Of a DNA stretch of 64,000 nt, positions 9,001 to 16,236 are shown piece by piece. The notes below the pieces were generated by a model. That model saw only the letters and a list, made by a program, of their open reading frames with translations. It had not been told where the DNA came from and did no database searches. Origin of the DNA: an uncultured Bacteroides sp. (GTDB lineage: Bacteria > Bacteroidota > Bacteroidia > Bacteroidales > GCA-2748055); assembly GCA_964500835.1 (NCBI GenBank), contig CAZCQL010000005.1:27733-91732 (forward strand). Reading direction: 5' to 3'. The translations under genes were made by a program, and so were the position numbers. Numbering within the stretch: position 1 is the first letter of the stretch; each line of letters opens with the position of its first letter.

Positions 9001-12000
9001 CATGACGGTGGGGATTATTTTATATATTCAAAACCACGCAGCGAGAATGCATCATGGGTCATGTGTTCCAATGGCAAAATGAATCATATAATGGATTCTT
9101 TTCAATCCATTAAGGTTGATTTTGAGGATGTGCGGAATCGGATAAAGATACCTGTACCTGTAAAGGAAATGCACGAAGAGCTTCTGGAAAGCGGACTCTA
9201 CCTTGGACCCACCTTCCGGGCAATAAAGCATTTATGGAGAGGCGAAAAGGAGTGGGAGTCATTCAGTGAGATAGAAGTCCATGAGAGCATCCGATCGGAG
9301 TTCTTCCAATTCAACCTTCATCCCGGAGTACTGGATAGTTGCTTTCAGACCGTATTCGGGATATTTAATGTCAGGGAAGACACTGAGAAAAAAATGGGCG
9401 TCTATGTCCCGGTCCATATCGATCGGATAAAGTTTCATAAAAAGCCCAATTCCTTTAAAATGTTTGTCTACGGGAGGTTAAGGGAATGGACCGATGAATA
9501 TGCATTGGGAGAGTTATGGATATTTAATGAAGAGGGGGAAATCCTGGCAGAATTTCAGGGATTCCGTTCACAATACCTGAAAGGCTCAAGGGGAGAATCA
9601 GCCGGAGAACAGGAAAAATGGTTTTACGAATACAACTGGAACATGAAATCCAGATCTGACCAGGAACTTGTCCGAAATCCCGGCGAATATATCTCCTCAC
9701 CCAATGCCATCAGGGATCAGGTAAACGAGACGATCGATCAGATAAAAGAGCTGCCTGCACAGGCTGACTATTATTCTAATTATGAGCCCAGGCAATACAA
9801 GTTAACCATTGGTTATATCTGCAATGCCCTCAAAGAAATGGGGATGTCCTTCAGTACAGGGACAAAGATCAATGTGCCCGGTCTGATTAAGGAATTAGGG
9901 GTGATCAAGGATCATCACCGGCTCTTTTACCATATATTCACTTTGCTGAGAAATGCAGGAATCGTGGAGGGTGCCAAGGATGAGTATCGGGTCATAAAAA
10001 CCCCTGATTTCAGGGATACTAAAATCTGGATTGATGAAATCAATAAAAAATATCCCCAGTTTGAGCATGAAACAACCCTTCTTGGTCGTTGCGGACCTGA
10101 AATTGCAGGGGTTCTGACCGGTTTGGTGGATCCTATTCAGTTGATTTTTCCTGAAGATCAATGGGATCTTATTGTTAAATATTACGTAGAAGGATTTGCC
10201 TTCAAGAAGTACAACAGTCTCGCTTCCAGCATTGTTACTGAGTTGGTGAGTAAGATACCTGAAGATCAAACCTTACGCATACTTGAAATTGGAGCCGGAA
10301 CAGGTGGAATGACCCAGGCTGTTCTGCCATTGTTACCTGCCGGGAGGACAGAATACTATTATACAGATCTCTCCCATATGTTCATGTTGAAGGCACAGCA
10401 AAGGTTTGCCAGGTATCCCTTCGTGCAGTATAAGTTGCTGGATATTGAAAAGGATCCGGGAGAGCAAGGACTTGATCTGAACTCATTTGACCTGGTCATC
10501 GCTTCTGATGTGATCCATGCCACACGAAATCTGAAAACCACTTTTGGCAACGTGAAACGTTTGCTTGCTTCGGAAGGAATACTGCTTATGCTGGAGGTGA
10601 CCAACTCTCCGGTATACCTCGATTTCATCTTTGGGATGACAGAGGGCTGGTGGTTATTTGAAGATACGGATATACGGCCGGATCATGCCACCATGAGTCC
10701 TGATCGCTGGAGGCAAGTTCTAGAGCGGGAAGAGTTTTCGGATGTGGCAGTGTACAGTGATTTTGAAAACAATGATTCCTCATGCCAGAGTGTGATTCTG
10801 GCCCGGAATAATAAATTGGATCTGACCAATAAAGCATTGGAGGAATCTCCTAAGCTTGGAAAGGCAGATTGGCTTGTATTCGCCGATGACACAGGGATTG
10901 CTGATCTCGTTCAGTCCAAACTCAGGGCAATTAATAAGAAACCTTACCTTGTAAAGCGCGCTGAGCATTTTAAGCAAATTAGTGAAACTGAATTTGGGAT
11001 TGACCCTGGGAGCCAGGAAGAGACAGACCGGGTAATCGATATGGTTGCTGATAAAGGGGCGTTTGAGGGTATAGTGTTCCTGTGGGGATTGGATTCTGTT
11101 TCCAATGAGCAGCTTACTGCTGAAAGCATAGTACATGCCGAGGATAAGTCATCCCTTGAGATGATGAATATTATGCGGCGGTTGAATGAAACCAATTACG
11201 AAAAGAATCCTGAGATCTGGATGATCACATCAGGTGCCCAGTCGGTTGATCAATCGCCCGAAACAGTCCAACTCTCCCAGGCCGGATTACGAGGGGTTAA
11301 CAGGGTTATTATCAATGAATTTCCAGTTTTCAACTCCACCATGGTTGATTTCAGTAATCCAATCAAGGAGGAAGAGATTGAGGCATTTATAGAAGAAATT
11401 CTGGTGGGGGATAACGAGGATGAGATCGCTTACAGAGGAAGGAACCGGTTTATCAACAGGCTTGAAAGAATCTCTACGGATAATATTGCCCACCGTGCCT
11501 TGCGGACTCTGGCCGCTGAGGATTCACCTTATAAAGTGAGTATCGACGAATACGGTGTTCTGGACAACCTGGTTATAAGAGAAACAGCCCTCAGGGAACC
11601 TGCTTATGACGAGGTGGAGGTAGATATCAAAGCATCGGCTCTAAATTTTAGAGACATCATGCTTTCCATGGGATTGCTTTCCGAGGATGCCATCCGGGGA
11701 GGATTGTTTGGAGCTACCATGGGATTGGAGTGCTCAGGTGTGGTAACGGCTGTTGGAAAGGATGTTCAGGGGGTGAAGGTGGGTGACGAGGTAATGGCCA
11801 CTGCACCTTCCTGTCTGGGTAAATATGCCTATCCAAAGGCCTGCCATGTGGTGCAAAAACCGGAGAACATCAGTTTCTCCGACGCGGCAACACTGCCGGT
11901 GGTTTACGTGACTGCTTATTATTCCCTGGTCTATCTATCCAGGATTAGAAAAGGGGAGAAGATACTTATTCATGCTGCTGCAGGTGGCGTAGGCATTGCT

Positions 12001-14448
12001 GCCATCCACATTGCAAAAGCGGCAGGTGCGGTAATCTATGCCACAGTGGGCAGTGAAGAAAAGAAGGCCTATCTGGAAAGCATCGGTGTTCCATCTGGCC
12101 ATATCTTAAATTCCAGGACACTGGAATTTGCAGATCAGCTTATGGAGCTGACCGAAGGAGAAGGAGTAGACATAGTTCTCAACTCTCTTTCCGGAGAAGC
12201 TATCTTTAAAAGCATCAGGTGCCTGGCACCTTACGGAAGATTTGTCGAGATTGGGAAAACCGATATTTACCGCAACAGCAAGCTCGGATTACAGCCATTT
12301 GGCAATAACCTCTCCTATTTTGGAGTGGATGTGGACAGGCTTTTTAAGCAAAAAGAGGAGTTCAGCGGAGAGCTGTTCCAGGAATCAATTGATTATTTCG
12401 TTGATAATAAGTTTCCTGTGCACCCATCGGTTGTATACCCTATTTCCGAGATCAAGGATGCCTTCCAGTTTATGGCAGGAGCCCGGCACATTGGCAAAAT
12501 AGTCATCGGTATGCAAGGTGAAGTACAAGTTGCCCCACCTAAGGAGATCCGGTTCAAAGAGAAGGCTTCCTATTTGCTCACAGGCGGATGCTCAGGATTT
12601 GGACTTGCTGTGGCCGACTGGATGACCACCCGGGGTGCGAAGCACCTGGTTCTGATGAGCAGGAGCGGTCCCAAGACCAGCGATGAAAAGAAGACCATTG
12701 AAAGGATACGCGAGCGGGGTATTGATGTGATGATTGCACAAGGGGATGTGTCAAAGAGGGCGGATGTTGACCGGATAATGGGCGAGGTAAAAGAAAAAAT
12801 GCCCCCCCTGAAAGGAATTCAGCATGCAGCCATGGTTTTAGATGACGGTAGTATACCTGAAATTGATCATGAGCGCTACCTGAAGGTTTTTATACCAAAA
12901 AGTATAGGTTGCTGGCTATTGCATGAGGCTACGAAGAATTTGGAACTAGACCATTTTGTACTTTATTCTTCCATATCTTCTATTTATGGCAATCCCGGAC
13001 AGGTGAGCTATGTAGCTGGAAATAGTTTTCTGGAGAATTTCGCACAATTCAGGCGCTCACAGGGAATGCCTGCGATGACTATTAACTGGGGGGTACTTGG
13101 TGATGTTGGATTTGTTGCGAGAAGCGGAAATGTAGGTGGGTTGCTATATAAGCAGGGATGGAAAACATTTACATTGAAGCAATCAACCGATATCCTTGAG
13201 CAGATGCTGCTTACCAATCCGGTACAGCGTGTAGCCACCGATTCGGATTGGGAAATGGTGGGTAATTTCTATCCGCATTCGAGCAAAACAAGCCGTTTTG
13301 GTCACCTGATTAAAGAAAAGGAATTGATTGCAGGTTCTGCATCAGGCGCAGGAGATGGTGGATTGAGTGCCACTTTAAAGGAATTAAGCAAAGAGGAACA
13401 ACCAGACGTTCTGGTAACTCATTTGCGTGATGCCGTTGCCCGGGTTCTTGGTTCGTCGGCAGAGAAAGTTGATCCTACGGAACCGGTGACAAAGTATGGT
13501 CTTGATTCCTTAATGGCCAATCAGATCAGGAATTGGATTCAGAGCAGTGTGGCTGTGGATTATTCTATGATGCGGATAATGAAAGGGCCGACTTTGCAGG
13601 AAATGACAGCTCATATCCTGGATGAAATGAATGGTCAGCTAAGTGGTGGAGAAAGTCAGGGTGAAGAGAAATCAGAATTGGATAAGTGGGTGCTGAGGTC
13701 AGCAAAGATAGATAATCCGCGGATGCGGCTTTTCTGCCTTCCCTATTTTGCAGGGGGCGCATCTGTTTACAACAGCTGGAATGAACATTTACAGAATGGC
13801 ATTGAGGTCTGCGCCATTCAATATCCGGGCCGGGAAGAGCGTATAGGTGAAAAACCATTTGATAATTATCTTGACCTTGTCAAGGCGATTTCAGACATTA
13901 TTGACCCGTTGCTGGACTGTCCCATTGCTTTTTATTGCCATAGTGCAGGTGCAGGTATAGGATTGGAACTGGCCAGGTACCTGAGAAAGGAAAAAGGCAT
14001 CCAGCCAGTTAAATTTATTGTGGGCGGTTGGCGATCTCCCCATCTTGAGAGTCCCTTTAAGTTCCTTGATGCCATTCACGATGATGAGGTTTATATGGAT
14101 AAAAATATACCAAATATTCTCAACCACCTGAGATCCCTGGAGATACCGGAATCAGTCCTGCAGAACAAGGAATTAATTGACGAGATGCTGCCGGCCCTTC
14201 GCGCAGACATACTTCTGGGCAAGCGCTACACCTATTATGAAGATGAACCTTTGAATTGTCCTGTGACGGCGTTGACAGGGAAGGATGATACCGTTTTTTC
14301 CGAGGAACAGGTCAAGGCGTGGAAGAAGCATACATCGGGTGAATTCAGATTCATAAAAGTGAATGGTAGTCACCTGTTTTGCAGGGACAACAAAGAAGAA
14401 CTCCTGGAATTACTGTCTGAGGAGTTGATGGAATTTGCGCATGTCTGA
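6031..14448 (+). CDS. Type I polyketide synthase / FAS-like megasynthase, single polypeptide KS-AT-DH-CMeT-psiKR-ER-KR-ACP-TE (2805 aa)
   Basis: One uninterrupted 8418-nt ORF. All signature motifs are present in order: DTACSSS, GHSIGE, HKVQGPIVYP, LEIGAGTGG, HAAAGGVGIAA, TGGCSGFG, GLDSL, CHSAG. See the domain features below. Confidence 0.95.
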   Translation: MQKMERKKREPLAIVGIGCRFPGNVTNTDEFWKLIIDRVDGLTDIPADRWNSSAKYAPDFKTPGKISVRRGGFIKDIDKFDASFFGISPLEASRMDPQQRMILELSYEAVENSGLTLKDLDGSRTSVFIGISSHDYGDIQNSPVEQVNIGAHTNLGSALCIAANRISYFYNLKALSMALDTACSSSLNAVHLACRSIWDKDADLAFAGGVNSILKPEPEMGFSKGGFLSPDGKCYAFDSRANGYIRSEGAGIIIIKTLSRAIKDKDLIYATIRGSGVNQDGTTKGISVPSQIAQQEMIQMAYDDAGVDTRQVKFIEAHGTGTFVGDPIEATSIGKVLGSNRTDNCYLGSVKSNIGHLEPASGIAGIIKLALAMENRIIPPNIHYKKPNPNIPFSDLKLEVPVEPVEWKDEENGNVYGGINNFGFGGANVHVVLEGLPRPTVILPDKVDKMSVCTLSARDSQALRELAEAYISYFKDSTNTSSLSDICYSATVRRTHHNNRLSVVAESKMEMADHLQKYLDGETLTEVSTGRSNEPNDRVVFVFSGQGPQWWAMGRQLLNNEPVFAKTIHLLDKLLSTHADWSLLDELTKDEGSSRISETNIAQPAIFSIQIALLEMWKELGISPSAVVGHSIGEVPAAYASGALTLEQAVLLIFHRSRVQVKATDKGRMLAAGLPIEEATELISGREDKVSIAAVNGPAMVSLSGDTDVIEQISEELEKQDVFNRMLQINVPFHCHHMEPLKEELLSSLESLNPRATSIPFYSTVTGMVIEGEKLDNKYWYRNVRETVSFASAIDELIHDGFDTFIELGPHPIHAMGINDLLDVKQKSGLVIPSIRRQEEEKRTFLSSLGKLYTWGTEINWESLFDDPHFVRLPAYPWQKERHWLETEDGRNERLGSLVHPHLKKKTISARESHNIIWDINLDKRTHPYIDDHKVQGPIVYPGAGHIELSISAALASFGEKFEFLEDLNFESALFLPDSGDPIKVQMDISHDGGDYFIYSKPRSENASWVMCSNGKMNHIMDSFQSIKVDFEDVRNRIKIPVPVKEMHEELLESGLYLGPTFRAIKHLWRGEKEWESFSEIEVHESIRSEFFQFNLHPGVLDSCFQTVFGIFNVREDTEKKMGVYVPVHIDRIKFHKKPNSFKMFVYGRLREWTDEYALGELWIFNEEGEILAEFQGFRSQYLKGSRGESAGEQEKWFYEYNWNMKSRSDQELVRNPGEYISSPNAIRDQVNETIDQIKELPAQADYYSNYEPRQYKLTIGYICNALKEMGMSFSTGTKINVPGLIKELGVIKDHHRLFYHIFTLLRNAGIVEGAKDEYRVIKTPDFRDTKIWIDEINKKYPQFEHETTLLGRCGPEIAGVLTGLVDPIQLIFPEDQWDLIVKYYVEGFAFKKYNSLASSIVTELVSKIPEDQTLRILEIGAGTGGMTQAVLPLLPAGRTEYYYTDLSHMFMLKAQQRFARYPFVQYKLLDIEKDPGEQGLDLNSFDLVIASDVIHATRNLKTTFGNVKRLLASEGILLMLEVTNSPVYLDFIFGMTEGWWLFEDTDIRPDHATMSPDRWRQVLEREEFSDVAVYSDFENNDSSCQSVILARNNKLDLTNKALEESPKLGKADWLVFADDTGIADLVQSKLRAINKKPYLVKRAEHFKQISETEFGIDPGSQEETDRVIDMVADKGAFEGIVFLWGLDSVSNEQLTAESIVHAEDKSSLEMMNIMRRLNETNYEKNPEIWMITSGAQSVDQSPETVQLSQAGLRGVNRVIINEFPVFNSTMVDFSNPIKEEEIEAFIEEILVGDNEDEIAYRGRNRFINRLERISTDNIAHRALRTLAAEDSPYKVSIDEYGVLDNLVIRETALREPAYDEVEVDIKASALNFRDIMLSMGLLSEDAIRGGLFGATMGLECSGVVTAVGKDVQGVKVGDEVMATAPSCLGKYAYPKACHVVQKPENISFSDAATLPVVYVTAYYSLVYLSRIRKGEKILIHAAAGGVGIAAIHIAKAAGAVIYATVGSEEKKAYLESIGVPSGHILNSRTLEFADQLMELTEGEGVDIVLNSLSGEAIFKSIRCLAPYGRFVEIGKTDIYRNSKLGLQPFGNNLSYFGVDVDRLFKQKEEFSGELFQESIDYFVDNKFPVHPSVVYPISEIKDAFQFMAGARHIGKIVIGMQGEVQVAPPKEIRFKEKASYLLTGGCSGFGLAVADWMTTRGAKHLVLMSRSGPKTSDEKKTIERIRERGIDVMIAQGDVSKRADVDRIMGEVKEKMPPLKGIQHAAMVLDDGSIPEIDHERYLKVFIPKSIGCWLLHEATKNLELDHFVLYSSISSIYGNPGQVSYVAGNSFLENFAQFRRSQGMPAMTINWGVLGDVGFVARSGNVGGLLYKQGWKTFTLKQSTDILEQMLLTNPVQRVATDSDWEMVGNFYPHSSKTSRFGHLIKEKELIAGSASGAGDGGLSATLKELSKEEQPDVLVTHLRDAVARVLGSSAEKVDPTEPVTKYGLDSLMANQIRNWIQSSVAVDYSMMRIMKGPTLQEMTAHILDEMNGQLSGGESQGEEKSELDKWVLRSAKIDNPRMRLFCLPYFAGGASVYNSWNEHLQNGIEVCAIQYPGREERIGEKPFDNYLDLVKAISDIIDPLLDCPIAFYCHSAGAGIGLELARYLRKEKGIQPVKFIVGGWRSPHLESPFKFLDAIHDDEVYMDKNIPNILNHLRSLEIPESVLQNKELIDEMLPALRADILLGKRYTYYEDEPLNCPVTALTGKDDTVFSEEQVKAWKKHTSGEFRFIKVNGSHLFCRDNKEELLELLSEELMEFAHV
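6058..7332 (+). other. PKS domain: ketosynthase (KS)
   Basis: EPLAIVGIGCRFPG. Active-site Cys183 is in DTACSSS (nt 6577-6579). His318 is in EAHGTGT and His355 in NIGHLE. The domain ends at GGANVHVVLE. Confidence 0.9.
7642..8520 (+). other. PKS domain: acyltransferase (AT), malonyl-type motif
   Basis: FVFSGQGPQW. Ser631 is in GHSIGE. VPFH lies about 100 aa downstream, at the position of HAFH (malonyl) versus YASH (methylmalonyl). Confidence 0.85.
8719..9585 (+). other. PKS domain: dehydratase (DH)
   Basis: HxxxGxxxxP motif is HKVQGPIVYP (His933). The second-half motif is HPGVLDSCFQ (DxxxQ). Boundaries are approximate. Confidence 0.8.
9778..10806 (+). other. PKS domain: SAM-dependent C-methyltransferase (CMeT)
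   Basis: Motif I is LEIGAGTGG (nt 10282-10308). It is followed by YYYTDLS, FDLVIASDVIHAT and LLASEGILLMLE (class I MT motifs). The domain lies between DH and psiKR/ER. Boundaries are approximate. Confidence 0.75.
10864..11460 (+). other. PKS domain: structural KR subdomain (psi-KR)
   Basis: A Rossmann-like stretch (DWLVFADDTG...IVFLWGL) precedes the ER, as in fully reducing modules. Assigned by position, so boundaries are approximate. Confidence 0.5.
11536..12510 (+). other. PKS domain: enoylreductase (ER, MDR family)
   Basis: VEVDIKASALNFRD, GLECSGVVTAVG, the NADPH motif LIHAAAGGVGIAA, and HIGKIVI at the end. Confidence 0.85.
12565..13116 (+). other. PKS domain: ketoreductase (KR), B-type
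   Basis: TGGCSGFGLAVADWM (Rossmann). An LDD motif sits in AAMVLDDGS. The catalytic region is YSSISSIYGNPGQVSYVAGN. Confidence 0.85.
13393..13620 (+). other. PKS domain: acyl carrier protein (ACP)
   Basis: Single carrier domain. The phosphopantetheine Ser2493 is in KYGLDSLMANQIRNW (nt 13507-13509). Confidence 0.85.
13717..14430 (+). other. PKS domain: thioesterase (TE, alpha/beta hydrolase, PF00975-like)
   Basis: RLFCLPYFAGGASVYNSW...IQYPGRE. The nucleophile elbow is CHSAG (Ser2638). The Asp is in LTGKDD and the His in NGSHLF. Confidence 0.8.
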
Positions 14449-15208
14449 TCCGATTCTTCTGAATCTTACTAAAACAGTAACATTTACGCCACTATTAAAA
14501 GGAGAGGTTCACTTATGGACTGCATCTCTGGTTGTTGGAGCAGACCAGGTAAACCGGCTAAGGTCTGAATTATCCACCCCTGAGCAGGAAAAGGCCTCTT
14601 TTTATAAGTTTGAAGCTGTCCAACGCCGGTACATAGTCTCCCAGGCAATTTTAAAATTGCTCCTTGCGGCTTACACTGGTTCAGAACCTTCGGAAATAGG
14701 GTACGGATACCATACAAAGGGCAAACCTTTCCTGATGAATGATGCTTCCCTATTTTTCAATATGTCCCATTCCCATGAGATGTGTGTGTATGCTTTTTCA
14801 CGAGATGCTGAAGTGGGCATCGATATCGAAATGATCCGGGAACTTCCAGATCTGGACCAGCTGATAAATACGAATATAACTCCCAGGGAGATGAAATATT
14901 TTCAGAATGGGCCGGAGGAGAGGTTGCACCGGTTCTTTCAATTCTGGACCTTTAAGGAGTCTTATCTGAAGGCCATAGGAGAGGGAATGCGCCTGACACC
15001 GGAGAACCTTGAGTTTTCAATGGAGCAGGGGGGAATTATTAAGCTGCAATCCTCAAATTTTGGAGTGGATGAAGAAGACTGGCTATTCAGGTGTTTTACC
15101 AGGGAGGGCAACTACACAGGGACACTCACCTATACAGGAAAGGATACCGTCTTCAAAGAAATGAAGGTCGACTTGGAGGCCGGCCTAACCCTTCCTGGCT
15201 CCTCCTAA
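14435..15208 (+). CDS. 4'-phosphopantetheinyl transferase, Sfp type
   Basis: Motifs are TKGKPF, FNMSHSH, VGIDIE and FWTFKESYLKAIG. The start (ATG 14435 or 14441) overlaps the PKS stop codon (14446-14448): ATGCGCATGTCTGA. Confidence 0.85.
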   Translation: MRMSDPILLNLTKTVTFTPLLKGEVHLWTASLVVGADQVNRLRSELSTPEQEKASFYKFEAVQRRYIVSQAILKLLLAAYTGSEPSEIGYGYHTKGKPFLMNDASLFFNMSHSHEMCVYAFSRDAEVGIDIEMIRELPDLDQLINTNITPREMKYFQNGPEERLHRFFQFWTFKESYLKAIGEGMRLTPENLEFSMEQGGIIKLQSSNFGVDEEDWLFRCFTREGNYTGTLTYTGKDTVFKEMKVDLEAGLTLPGSS

Positions 15209-15340
15209 CCCTTCCTGGCTCCTCCTAACCCTTCCTGGCACTACTGGCCCCTCCAGGCTCTCCTGACCCCTCCTGGCTCCTCCTGGCTCCTCCTGGCTCC
15301 TCCTGACCCCTCCTGGCTCTCCTTACCGCTCCTGGCACCA
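15183..15340. repeat. Pyrimidine-rich tandem decamer array, about 16 units (TCCTGGCTCC / TCCTAACCCT / TCCTGACCCC)
   Basis: Read directly. TCCTGGCTCC is exact at 15193, 15213, 15271, 15281 and 15291. TCCTAACCCT is at 15203 and 15223, with GCCTAACCCT at 15183. TCCTGACCCC is at 15261 and 15301. A degenerate 18-nt centre (15243-15260) shifts the phase by 2. The array fills the convergent gap between the PPTase and the PIG-L gene. Confidence 0.9.
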
Positions 15341-15349
15341 ACCTTCCCA

Positions 15350-16219
15350 TTACTTCTTCAACATAGGAAACAACCTCCTAATCTCATCATCAGTTGGTTG
15401 CTTGCCGTACTCACAAATTTCAAATGCCTCGGCATGTTTAGCTGAAGCTGCTTTATCTCCATACCAGTACTTCAGGCTTTCCATGACAGATTCACCCGGA
15501 GTATCCGTTCTCCATTTAGCTAAAAATTCCAACCTTGATTTTTCATCTTCGGGAACTTTATCCAATCCACCGGAAATCCAGGGGAGCCAGTCAAAATACT
15601 GGGATTCATGAGCGGCCATGGCATAAATTTTCTGATCAAACACGTCATCGGTGATCACGGCAATATCCGGCTTAAAAGGATTCGGTTTCTGAAATCTGTC
15701 GTTGGAGTATAAAAAGACCGGATTCTTCTTCAACGCAGGAACTTCCGGTGCAATATTGGGGACAATGACCATAAAAGAAGCATCCTGCACCAGTACACCG
15801 GTATACCGGTGATCGGGATGGTAGTCGTTGGTTCTGGGCCCGATGACAATGTCGGAATTCCATTTTCTGATCTCCCTGATCACTTTTAACCGGTTTGCCA
15901 GAGTAGGCATGAGTTCTCCATCATGGTTATCGAGAAGAACGTATTCCACGCCGAACCTCCTGCCGGCTTCCTGCGCTTCCGCAATTCTTATTTTTGCCAG
16001 CTCCCCACCGCCCATGGCATAATGCCCTGCATCTCCATTGGTAAGGGATACAAATTTCACATGATGACCCATTTTTGCGAATAAGATGGCAGTGCCTCCG
16101 GCATCGGAATCACAGTCATCCGGGTGGGCTCCGAATACAATGACATTTATGGGTTCCTCTTGTGCTGCAATAAGACCAACACTGAAAACGAGGCAACATA
16201 TGATGATTAGTTTTTTCAT
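15350..16219 (-). CDS. PIG-L/LmbE-family deacetylase, secreted
   Basis: Signal peptide MKKLIIICCLVFSVGLIAAQ. VIVFGAHPDDCDSDAGGT...LTNGDAGH...HPDH is the PIG-L zinc-binding signature. Confidence 0.8.
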   Translation of the reverse strand: MKKLIIICCLVFSVGLIAAQEEPINVIVFGAHPDDCDSDAGGTAILFAKMGHHVKFVSLTNGDAGHYAMGGGELAKIRIAEAQEAGRRFGVEYVLLDNHDGELMPTLANRLKVIREIRKWNSDIVIGPRTNDYHPDHRYTGVLVQDASFMVIVPNIAPEVPALKKNPVFLYSNDRFQKPNPFKPDIAVITDDVFDQKIYAMAAHESQYFDWLPWISGGLDKVPEDEKSRLEFLAKWRTDTPGESVMESLKYWYGDKAASAKHAEAFEICEYGKQPTDDEIRRLFPMLKK

Positions 16220-16236
16220 AGTATGTGATTTCTTGA

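Noticed and set aside
6031-14448. Whether the megasynthase is a PUFA/heterocyst-glycolipid-type synthase or part of a trans-AT or multi-modular line
   Set aside because: It has a single ACP, an in-line AT, and no CLF, tandem ACPs or FabA-type DH pair. No neighbouring PKS/NRPS ORFs lie within 6 kb upstream or on the downstream side. The domain order fits a fully reducing FAS/HR-PKS-like unit better.
15183-15340. Whether the decamer array could be a CRISPR array or a coding collagen-like/PGS repeat
   Set aside because: The 10-nt units are contiguous with no spacers, which is far too short for CRISPR repeats. The period is not a multiple of 3 and in-frame stops occur, so it is not a coding repeat beyond the last few PPTase codons.
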